Positions 13,017 to 24,123 of a stretch of 64,000 nucleotides of DNA are shown piece after piece. Each line of letters begins with the position of its first letter. Position 1 is the stretch's first letter. A program made the translations under genes and the position numbers. Below the pieces are notes generated by a model. The model did no database searches. It saw only the letters and a program-made list of their open reading frames with translations, and was not told the origin of the DNA. The DNA lies in contig OZ024742.1 of NCBI GenBank assembly GCA_964016885.1, forward strand, positions 138,012,001 through 138,076,000, in the 5' to 3' direction. The DNA comes from Eledone cirrhosa (Eukaryota).

Positions 13017-16000
13017 AGGACAAGGTTATAAATGCAGCGCAGAAAATAACACTACTAGTACCTTTGCTGCTTCTACTACTGCAACCACAACCACCAGCAC
13101 GACAACCACCACCACCTTCTACTACAACTACAACTACTACTACTAGGACGACGATGATGACTACTACTACTACTACTACCACTCCGGCCACTCTTGGTGC
13201 TTTAGTTGCAGTGACCGTGGTGTATATAGTCCCAGTTTTAATTTTCTATTAGTACAATGATTTGGGAAGTAATTGATTGGGTTAGTCAATGAGATGTTGT
13301 TGTTGTCGTTATAGTTGTTTTGCTATAAATTAAACAAAAACAAGCAGACTTATTATTTAGATATTCCAACCGTAACCAGCCCGTCTTTTTTCTATTTTCT
13401 GAACTAAGTGGGTTTTTTTAAATTTATTGAAGGGCATTTGGCTATTGCTTTTAACTGTTCTAGCGAATGAATAGTTCCTGCTTCGTCCCTCGTTTTTACA
13501 GGCCGAGTTAGTGTTGGTAATTTGGTTGATGTTGGTGGTGTAGTTTTATGTTGGAGTTGCGGGTCATATTGGCGTTGGGGTTGGCGGATTTGGTGTTAAC
13601 GTTGATGGTGGTGTTTATATTGCTGTTCGGGCCGTGTTGCGATTGTTTAACGTGACGATGTAGTTGGTGGTGCTGCTTTTGGTGGTGTTGCTGCCGATAG
13701 AGTTTTGGGTTGGGCTGTGTTGGTGTGGCTGTTGATGGTGTTGTTTGTATTGGAGATGTTGGTGTTGTTGTTGCTGTTGCTGTTGGTGATATTGGTGTTA
13801 CTCATATTTATGTTGTTGCTGGTCGTGTTGTTGGCAGTGCTGTGGATATTTGTGTGGATGATGATGGCTGTGTTTGTGTTGTTGTTATTGGTGGTGCTGG
13901 CGGTTGCTGGTCGTATTAGTATTGCTAATCGTGTTTCTGTTGGTGGTCGTTTTAGTGTTACTATTTGTACTATTGTATTTTGTTATATTGCAAGTGCTGG
14001 TGTTGCTGTTTGTGGTCTTGTTGTTGCTTCTAGTGTTGTTTGTGTTGGTTATATTTGAGTTGGTGCTGGTTATTGTGGTGTCTCTGATGGTGTTTGTGAT
14101 AGGGGTGTTGCTTGTAGTGGCGTCAGTGTTGGTTATGTTTGGGTTGGTGCTGGTTATTGTGGTGTCTCTGATGGTGTTTGTGATAGTGGTGTTGCTTCTA
14201 GTGGTGTCTGTGTTGGTTATCTTTGTGTTGCTGCTGGTTATTGTGGTCTCTCTGATGGTGTTTGTGATATGGTGTTGCTTGTAGTGGTGTCTGTGTTGGT
14301 TATGTTTGTGTTGTGCTGGTTATTGTGGTGTCTCTGATGGTGTTTGTGATAGGGGTGTTGCTTGTAGTGGTGTCAGTGTTGGTTATGTTTGGGTTGGTAC
14401 TGGTTATTGTGGTGTCTCTGATGGTGTTTGTGATAGTGGTGTTGCTTGTAGTGGTGTCTGTGTTGGTTATGTTTGGGTTGGTGCTGGTTATTGTGGTGTC
14501 TCTGATGGTGTTTGTGATAGTGGTGTTGCTTGTAGTGGCGTCAGTGTTGGTTATGTTTGGGTTGGTGCTGGTTATTGTGGTGTCTCTGATGTTGTTTGTG
14601 ATAGTGGTGTTGCTTGTAGTGGCGTCTGTGTTGGTTATGTTTGTGTTGGTGCTGGTTATTGTGGTGTCTCTGATGGTGTTTGTGATAGTGGTGTTGCTTG
14701 TAGTGGTGTCTGTGTTGGTTATCTTTGTGTTGCTGCTGGTTACTGTGGTCTCTCTGATGGTGTTTGTGATAGTGGTGTTGCTTGTAGTGGCGTCTGTGTT
14801 GGTTATGTTTGTGTTGTGCTGGTTATTGTGGTGTCTCTGATGGTGTTTGTGATAGTGGTGTTGCTTGTAGTGGTGTCAGTGTTGGTTATGTTTGGGTTGG
14901 TACTGGTTATTGTGGTGTCTCTGATGGTGTTTGTGATAGTGGTGTTGCTTGTAGTGGTGTCTGTATTGGTTATGTTTGGGTTGGTACTGGTTATTGTGGT
15001 GTCTCTGATGGTGTTTGTGATAGTGGTGTTGCTTGTAGTGGTGTCAGTGTTGGTTATGTTTGTGTTGTGCTGGTTATTGTGGTGTCTCTGATGGTGTTTG
15101 TGATAGTGGTGTTGCTTGTAGTGGTGTCTGTGTTGGTTATGTTTGGGTTGGTGCTGGTTATTGTGGTGTCTCTGATGTTGTTTGTGATAGTGGTGTTGCT
15201 TGTAGTGGTGTCTGTGTTGGTTATGTTTGGGTTGGTGCTGGTTATTGTGGTGTCTCTGATGGTGTTTGTGATAGTGGTGTTGTTTGTAGTGGTGTCTGTG
15301 TTGGTTATGTTTGTGTTGGTGCTGGTTATTGTGGTGTCTCTGATGGCGTTTGTGATAGTGGTGTTGCTTGTAGTGGTGTCTGTGTTGGTTATCTTTGTGT
15401 TGCTGCTGGTTATTGTGGTGTCTCTGATGGTGTTTGTGATAGTGGTGTTGCTTGTAGTGGTGTCTGTGTTGGTTATGTTTGTGTTGCTGCTGGCCTATGA
15501 TGGTGTTTCTGATGGTGGTTGTGTTGCTTGTAGCGGTGTGTGTTGCTTGTATTGTTGATGTTGCTTGCTGCGTTAAGGCTGCTGCTGTTGGAATTGCTAG
15601 TCATGTGGGTGTTGATGGTAGCGGTGATGTTATCATATGGATGTTGCTGGTGGCGGTGTTTCCAGTCATGTAGCTGTTGCTGGTGCTGTTGCTGTTTGTA
15701 ATGTTGATATTGCTTTTGGTGCTGTTGTTGGTGGTGGTGGTGGATGTGTTGGTGTTACTGGTCGTAGTGATGATGATGATATTGTTGTCGTTGGTGGTGG
15801 TTTTGCTGGTTGTGTTCGTGTTGGTGTTGGTAGTGGTAGTGGTAGTGGTAGTGCATTTGCTGGTCGCGTTGCTGTTACTGTTAATAGTGGTGGTGGGATG
15901 GCTGTTTGTATATTCGGTGTTGTTGGTGTTGATATTTGCGTTGTTGTTGGTATTGTGGTTGAGTTGCTCGTCCAAATGGTGTTGTGCCTAGTGTTGGGTT

Positions 16001-16366
16001 TGCTCATTATCTTGATTTTCTGGTGTTGCTGTTAATGGCTGATGTTGAGCACTTGGCAGTGTATGCTCGGGACATTTTACAACCCGTAGAAACAAAGTAT
16101 CTTCGTATTGGTCATGTCTGGGGGTGTTTGCTTGCTATTGTTGTTGTTACAGTTATTGTTTTTTATTGATGTTTAACCACAAGTCAGCTATTATCAAGCA
16201 GATACATAATTATGCATAATTATAAACATCTAAGTTTCCCGTTGTTGTACATAAAGTTATGAGGTGGTCTTTAGGATATTTGGCTGCTTTTTCAAGGTTG
16301 AGTGACCACATACGGGCCGGCCTTTTATGCGTGTTCGTGATTGTAGTAGTGGTATTAGTATAAGTG

Positions 16367-16433
<67 letters not shown>

Positions 16434-16519
16434 CAGCAGCAGTAGTAGTAGTAGTAGTTGGGCTCATGGTGTCGGTAGTAGTATTAATAGTACTACTACT
16501 TTCGCCACCATCTACTAAT

Positions 16520-16550
<31 letters not shown>

Positions 16551-16555
16551 GTAGC

Positions 16556-16617
<62 letters not shown>

Positions 16618-17340
16618 CAGCAGCAGCAGCGGTTAGAGCTGCAGCAGCAGTAATAGTACTGGAGTAGATGGGGTGGGGCGATTTGGTAATAGAGATATGT
16701 AAAGGTGTTTTTCGTTTTAGGTAAAATGCATGTGATAGAGCTGAAGGTAGCACATGAGATGTGTTGGCTATAATTTTGAGGTGGACGTGGAGGAATAAGG
16801 TGATTGAATACAGTGGGTGATGTTGCTTGCGGCTATCGGTAATGGTAATGAGGAAGTTGGTTTGGTGATGGCGGTGGTAGTGGTGGTGGTTTTTTTGTCG
16901 TGTTAATGTTAAATGTGATGGTGGTGGTCCCGAAGTGTGTAGTTTTGGCGTTTTTAGTGATCGTGATGATAGACCTGATGCGGTTGAACATAATAATAAT
17001 GGTAACAACGGTGGTGTTGTTGATGGAGCTGTACGTGTAAATAGTGGTGAATTTAGCGGTGGAAGTTATGATAGTGATTATGGCATTGGTGTTGGCAGTT
17101 GTCCTGTTGGTGTTTATGGGAGTTGTTGTTGGTGGTTGTTATGTTGATGTAAAAGCTATGTTATAAGTTTTCGTTGTCACTGTTGCGGATATTTTAGTAG
17201 TCAGTACTAGTCTGTTGGACTTGTATCGATAATACTATATAGGTAGCTATAGCAATGTACTAATGAGTTGCATGCTAGTGGTAGTGGTGAGGGTCAGTAT
17301 GATGGTAGTCATTTCGGTATGTGGTGGGGTAAGGGGGTAG
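11690..17340. repeat. Large GT-rich low-complexity domain of degenerate trinucleotide repeats (GTT/GGT/GAT/TAG, with (CTA)n blocks)
   Basis: Direct reading. Source of the poly-V/L/T/S pseudo-ORFs. Confidence 0.9.
14041..15490. repeat. 84-bp minisatellite, about 17 copies
   Basis: Unit tgttggttatgtttgggttggtgctggttattgtggtgtctctgatggtgtttgtgatagtggtgttgcttgtagtggtgtctg (e.g. starts 14377 and 14461). A few units carry small deletions. Confidence 0.95.
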
Positions 17341-17398
17341 GAGATTAATATAGTGAGTGTTGCGGTGACGGCTAGTTCGGGGTACAGGTAAATTGATG

Positions 17399-17431
<33 letters not shown>

Positions 17432-17434
<3 letters not shown>

Positions 17435-17955
17435 TGGCACACTCAAGAAGGTTTAACCCTTTTTTTCTTTTCAGGCACTTTTATGTATCAGTCCCTCTAA
17501 TACATCCTTGATATTGTTATAAGTTAGAATGCCCATTCATTTTTTCCAGGTTGAAGGTTTCGGCGGCTTCAGCACTTTAAACACTACCCGTCATACACGG
17601 CTTGTCACACCTGACTGGTTCCACAATGCGGGAGTTGAGGACAAATTGGAGACTCGATATGCAATGAAGTTTTGTGTCAAGCTCGGAAAACACGTTGTAG
17701 AAAACTATGGACTGATCAAAACTGCTTACGGACAAACCTTCATGAGCCGGGCGCAAGTTTTCCGCTGGCGCAAGTTGTTCCAGGAGGGCAAGGGGCAAGT
17801 GAGTGGCAACGAGACGTGTTGAAGGGAGAGAGACATCATGAAGCCAAAGTTGGTCTACAAATGTCAAATTGAACAACGCTGGACGAGGGCCGTTGTGCAT
17901 CGCTTTTGACGATTGCTAAACAATTTCAAGTGACTGAGGGCACTGTACACAGACA
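17432..17955 (+). mobile_element. Mariner transposon 5' fragment (transposase N-terminal HTH)
   Basis: ORF 17529-17822 contains RYAMKFCVKLGK....YGLIKTAYGQTFMSRAQVFRWRKLFQEG, typical of the mariner paired-like HTH. Interrupted downstream by an RTE fragment. Confidence 0.85.
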
Positions 17956-17959
17956 ATAA

Positions 17960-19045
17960 TGTTAAGTTTCTGTACTGTCATCGGCAAAGAAAATGTCTTG
18001 AGCTATGTCCACCTTGACATATATCATGTTCTTACGCCTATTCGGGTCGAAGATGCCGCTTCCACGAAATATATAACGGATACCTACACCTATGTCGGAG
18101 TCTCTCTGTAAGCGGGAGAAAGCATAGTAGAGAAAAATATGCTAAAAAGCGTAGGAGCAATAAGGCAACGCTATGTTTTACTCCATTCGTAATTGGGAAT
18201 GGTTTAGAGATCTCGCCATTATTTTGGACACTTGTAAATATCCCTTCGGGAAGCTACCTGACTGTTGCGATGTACTTTTCTGGACACCCGAACTTTTCCA
18301 TAGACCTACCCTTGAAACGATGACGGAAGCTTTACTCAGATCCACAAATGTAGTTTATAAGCCCTCATTCTACTAAATGCACTTTTCCTGTAGATGAGCG
18401 TTGCACAGATTATAACCACTGCATTGCGGCAATATCTACACCCTCACTGTCTCTCTGGAGGAAGATCATTGTCTGGGTGTTCAAACAGATAGTTGAGTAA
18501 TATTCTAGCGAAGGCCTTTCCTGTCATGGACATAGAGTGTTGCCAGGATGGCTGTCACAGACGTGGATATTTCTTTTTCTTTTTGTGCTGGTGGATGATA
18601 GAAGCTTCTATGAAGTTCTGAGGGAATTGTTTTTGATCACACACAGTTTCGACTATTCTGTTAGTTTCTCTCTCAGCATGACACTACTAGATCTGAAAAT
18701 CTTTGATGAGATGGAAACATGACCATGGACTTTCAAATTGGTAAGATAATTCAGAACTATTGCGACCTCATAGTGCTGCGAATTGGACATTGTTTCTTGT
18801 GTGTAGTTGTGTGCCTCTTCCAGTTCTGTACGTCCATGAGTCAAAGTTGGGTGGAGTGACCCGTTGTGGGTGTTTTGTTTCTTCGCTTCTTTCACTGAAA
18901 TGTGATGAACATCGTCTTTCTGGCGAAGCAATAGAGGGGTTCGAATCCGGCTTGTGTAACATTTAAGCTATTTTGAGCGCATTATTTCCCCCTGTGAAGG
19001 TTAAAAGACTAGAAAACGTGGCACAAACAAAAGCTTGCTTCACAA
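17960..19045 (-). mobile_element. Decayed RTE LINE RT fragment
   Basis: Minus-strand frameshifted QEKC...TTFVDLSKA...SRVGLWK and RDSDIGVGIRY..GIFDPNR. Confidence 0.75.
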
Positions 19046-19204
19046 CATCCCGTTTGACTATACGCGCTCAATATATATATATATATAACGAAGGAAATGT
19101 GGTAAGGAACCAGGTGGACCATAACGCACCAAAGTACTCAATACTTAGGGTAGTAGAGTGGGTAATAGGAACAAGTACGACCCCGACGGCTGAGCTCACG
19201 CCAC

Positions 19205-19430
19205 TACACTTTCGGGCTACATATGGGACCTCAAGGACAACAACATCAACTGATCTCACTTGGAAATTACTGTCCAGGGCCAACTCTTACACGGGAGGAC
19301 GCCGTCCGTGCAATTTATGCTCGGAGGAAACTTTACAAATGCTGTTTTCGACGGACCAACTCCTAAACAAGAAAGATGAACTGGTTACTGCATGTAAACA
19401 CCGATTACGTAGGACTTACCTCGCCCTCAA
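19205..19430 (+). pseudogene. GIY-YIG endonuclease C-terminal fragment of a PLE
   Basis: W.+L.....Y....+.CNLC.EE...+L......LLNKK.EL...CKH motif within ORF 18973-19461. Confidence 0.85.
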
Positions 19431-20648
19431 ACCCCATAATGACCCGGGGGGGGGGGGGTAGACTAGGGCTATAACACCCCACTTGCCTATTTTGTAAGGG
19501 GTAACCCCTGCTTGCCAATGGAGACATAAGATCTTCTTTTACATTTTTTATCGCTTCCTCTATATTTCCTCCTTCCCCCCATCCCTCCCTAGTCCTTCTA
19601 CCCCATTTCCCTTTCTTTGTCGTCGTCTTTTTCTCGCCCACCCGAGGTAGCCCCTCGGTCCCTTGTAGCTTCAGCACCACCACCCCCTCCCCCCATTCTA
19701 TGATAGATTTGGCTGACTCCGATTTTTATAGCAGAGGTGTTAGACTTCGGATACTTGCCCCCTTCTCCGACCGCTGTCCCTTTTTTCCGTGCCTTCTATA
19801 TTTCTTAATGGCATCTTTGCTTTAATTTCTCGTTTATCCAGTATTTCTTTCCTCTTTTTCCCTTTTTTTTGGGGGGGGGGGGGGGGGGTTCTGTATTAAT
19901 TTTCCGTTCTTTACTTTTACTTCGTACGATCTTTCATGTAGCTTGTATAAGACTTTTTGCTTCGTGGCGGTACCCTTAGAGTTAGCACGAGTATTTTTTT
20001 GCGGGACCCTGAATTATATTCTCGTACTAGTTTACTTTCTTGCTCTGGGTGGTTGCTGGCTCTGTGATTGGGGTAGAAACCTTTATTATTTCGTGTTAGT
20101 CTCTTTAGTATTTTGCCCCCCCCCCCCTTTGTTGACCCGTCACCGTACGATACACGCACTTATACCTCGTATAAGAGTCCCTTTATTTCCGTCCCACCTA
20201 GTTAATTTTTTTTTTTTTTATTCTTCATTATATATATATCTTTTTTTTTATTTATTTACCTATTCTTTTATTCACTTATTTGTTTATTTATTTATTTATG
20301 TATTTCTTTAGCCTAACAATAGCGAGAGACTTAAGTCTTAGTAACCAGACTTTGCTTTTTTTTTTTTCTCTCTCTCTCAGTACTTTTATAGTTTTACCCT
20401 TCATTGTTCTAATTACCGTTTCGACTTCCTCCCCCTCCCCCTACCCCTCCCCAGTATCTTCCTTGACCTCACACCCAGCTGTAGCCGGCACTATCAACGC
20501 ATGAATGGCTCTACTCCACCCCCTCTCCCTTTTTCTCCTACCGACAGGTTTAGCTACCCCTTCCCCCACCAATTTGCCATCACAAATTTACTACTAACTT
20601 GTGATGTGACCAATCCTGGTGATTATCTCTTTGACCATATATGGAATT

Positions 20649-20742
20649 ACCCCTTGATAAGCTCGGCTATTTAAATACCAGAATAAATTTTCATTGAGTC
20701 CAGAATTAGCCGTCGAAACGGCTTGAGCTCAGCGGTCGGGGT
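20649..20742 (+). ncRNA. Family B type-I hammerhead with long stem II, core degenerate
   Basis: acccc-TTGATAA-gctcggcta...tagccgtc-GAAAC-ggcttgagctcagcg-GTC-ggggt. Perfect stem I acccc/ggggt; C3 and G8 mutated. Confidence 0.7.
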
Positions 20743-20752
20743 CGTACTTGTT

Positions 20753-20790
<38 letters not shown>

Positions 20791-20949
20791 GAAAAATTGA
20801 ACAGGGACAGAACAGAGAGGCAGTACGACAAATGTTTATTAAATTCACGCTCAGGAGAGTGGGGGGTAATATATACATACACACACACACACATGTATAT
20901 ATATATATAATTATATACACAAACACACACACACACACATATATATAAT

Positions 20950-21019
<70 letters not shown>

Positions 21020-21561
21020 AGGGGGGGGGGCGTATATAAATATATTTAATCGATTTCCGCACCTATTTGGTTTATAATTTAAACAACCACAAGGTTGTAA
21101 ACGAGGATTTATATACTTTTATTTTAATATTATTAGTGGTCATGTTGGTATATAATTGAGGTATATATTAGATGTTTGTTTATGTATATATAGGTAAAAG
21201 GATATTTAAGATTACTTTACACCACGCTGTCAAAATATGCAACTGCTTGGCAGTAACTGTATATGTATATATGTAAATATAATCGCATTAGTGTACATGA
21301 AAAACCATGCAGCAAAGTGTTATATATATGTATATATGTGTGCTTTTCTTGTTTCCCTCTTTTTCAGTATGTTCTCTTTTCCTTTTTTTCCTTTTTTCTC
21401 TACTGGTATACTCCCCCCCCCCCCCCCCCCCCAACAACTTCCAATAGATATTGCCGCATTGGAGCTAGATATATTGTCTTTATGCGTTGAAATGTTCGTC
21501 TTCCTCAGCAGACAACTGATGAAGGGAATGTACCCCGTTTATTCTTTCCTATCATTTTAAA

Positions 21562-21602
<41 letters not shown>

Positions 21603-21611
21603 AGTGTATGT

Positions 21612-21697
<86 letters not shown>

Positions 21698-22763
21698 ATA
21701 TACACAGAGGTATCCACTGTAAGTTGTGTAGTCTATTCTGTATGAAGAACTCAATGTAATCCATATGTTGAACATGTTGTAGGTAAAGATAAATCTCAGA
21801 AAACAATAAAACATTAAAAGGAAAACAGTCATGATATAAGTTAAAACAATGAAATAAAAAACTCAAGTCATTAGAGATATACTTCACTGCTTTACGATCG
21901 TTTCTATATGGTGATAATACATTGTATCTATACTCAGTTATTGATCTATGTAAGTTTACAAACTATCAGATAGAGAGAATATTTACTTACATGAATATCA
22001 CCAGCTGTTTTCAAAAGCAATAATAATTTTATTCAATAATAATTTTATTCAGAATTAGTATCATGTCCATATTTAGAGGTAGTTGAAGAACTAACGAATC
22101 AAATTGTTTTTTTCATATGGTGTTAAGATGAAAAGTAATACACTTTAGTTGAGGTTATGACCTTTGAAAGGAATGGTTGAAAGGTGTTAGTAGAAATGGC
22201 ATAAAAATATATTAGGAAGGAAGGGGATTGTCAAACTGATAGTTGAATGTATCTTGTATAGTGAATTTAAAAGGAATGTCAAAATAAATGGTGACTAGTG
22301 TTGTGTTGAGTTTTAAGGTGAATATAAATAAATGTTATGGTTAAGAAAGATAGTATATTAAAAGATGAAAATTATAATAAGATAATGTGATATAGTAATG
22401 CGATAATATACAACTTAACCAACAGCATATTGTACGGTGTGGTAAATTGTACTCAGTATAATATAACATATTATACACTCTAAAATATTACTAAGTATGT
22501 TTATGCATAAACAATCAAACTCAGATAAGTACATATTGGCATAGTTAAAACACATGCATTTCATAGTCTACAAAGTGCACATATTCACACCACATATAGA
22601 GAGAGGTACAGTTATATTGATATCTAACCAAAATATACATATGTGCAAATAGATGCAAACCTAAATACACATCCACACGCATGCATATAATCATATATAT
22701 ACATATCTTTGCATATCTATATCCACACATACACATTACATATACATATACAGATACATACAC

Positions 22764-22815
<52 letters not shown>

Positions 22816-22979
22816 ATACATACATATATACATGTACATACATATAGACACACACATACATACATACATACATATATACATACACATATACACATATATA
22901 CATATATATATATAGACATATATATATATATACATAGATATACACATACACACACATATATATATATACATATACAACG

Positions 22980-23051
<72 letters not shown>

Positions 23052-23123
23052 TAGCGAAGCAAACGGTTATGAAACAATTTTCTAAATAAATTAAAAAATT
23101 ATTAAATAATCACCTGTTCAGAC

Positions 23124-23204
23124 GCTGTTACCGACGGTTTCATCATTCCGAAAGATTGAAAATCCAACGAATTTCCAATGGAAAGAAATGAATCTTCAGA
23201 CAGC
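23124..23204 (-). ncRNA. Type-I hammerhead ribozyme, complete, U.U at base of stem II
   Basis: Minus strand gctgt-CTGAAGA-t-tcatt...aatga-t-GAAAC-cgtcg-GTA-acagc. Stem I perfect, stem III ACC/GGT. Confidence 0.8.
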
Positions 23205-23408
23205 CCTATTTCCACGCCATAAGGTATCTAGCCTAATAGCAAGTAAATATTATGCTCCCTGCCCAACGCATGCGGTCAAGCCGTTAAAATGACACACACG
23301 CAAATCAGGTCGCTGATAAAAGCTGGATATTATAAACATGTCGAATTGCCACTAAAATTAGCAGCATTATTCAACGTTTTGTTCTCTACATAAGGAGAAT
23401 AATTATAG

Positions 23409-23467
<59 letters not shown>

Positions 23468-23570
23468 CATACACATACATATATATATATATATATACAC
23501 ATACATATATATATACACATACACACACACATACATATATATATATACACATATATACACATATATATAA

Positions 23571-23616
<46 letters not shown>

Positions 23617-23710
23617 CGATGAAATACCAATGAAGGTTGGAAAATCACTGACGAAGGACTATTTTTATCATATGTAACCCATGTGCAACCACGCAGTATT
23701 CTTTCTTCTC

Positions 23711-23752
<42 letters not shown>

Positions 23753-23834
23753 TTATTCCTGGTTGAATCGGAGGTAACCACAGTAAGTAAGGTACTCAAT
23801 ACATAGCAGAGTATAACAGTTTTAATATAGAAGA

Positions 23835-23883
23835 GTTTCTACAGGACTAGAACTGTTTCATTCGTGATAAATCATCAGAAAGC
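23835..23883 (-). ncRNA. Family A hammerhead ribozyme (inverted copy)
   Basis: Minus strand gcttt-CTGATGA-tttatcacgaat-GAAAC-agttctagtcct-GTA-gaaac. Stem III ACAG/CTGT; one stem I mismatch. Confidence 0.7.
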
Positions 23884-24123
23884 TTTGTCACCCTTACTTC
23901 AGCCTTAAAGAATTAGCTTCTAAAACATTTCCCTTTTCTTTCAACCATTGACCCCACCCATCCTGTAGACTTACAAGCGTTGTTAGTCTAAGTGATAAAC
24001 TAGAATTGTTATTCAAAATTTGATTTTCTTTACAGTATTCTTTCTGCCTTTGTTAATACTATAGCTTTAAAGAATTACCCTTTAATGAACTCCCTTTTCT
24101 TTAAATCCTTCAACCAATGACCT

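Larger units (their letters stand above)
19087..20756 (+). mobile_element. 5'-truncated Naiad-like Penelope-like element: inverted pLTR, GIY-YIG C-terminus, long 3' region, hammerhead
   Basis: 19087-19198 is an inverted family B terminus. It is followed by LTWKLLSRANSYTGGRRPCNLCSEETLQMLF....LLNKKDELVTACKHR, then the hammerhead at 20649-20742. Flanked by (TA)n. Confidence 0.88.

Noticed and set aside
14041-15490. CRISPR-like array or Cys/Gly-rich structural protein gene
   Set aside because: Units are contiguous with no unique spacers, frames are broken by recurrent indels, and the context is eukaryotic.
21490-21560. CTGATGAAGGG (also CTGACGAAGG at 23648 and CTGATGAAA at 28369) as hammerhead cores
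   Set aside because: No downstream stem II-GAAA-NUH-stem I arrangement.
21705-22060. Possible decayed GIY-YIG fragment
   Set aside because: Only a VVYSI-like hint; no other motif recoverable.
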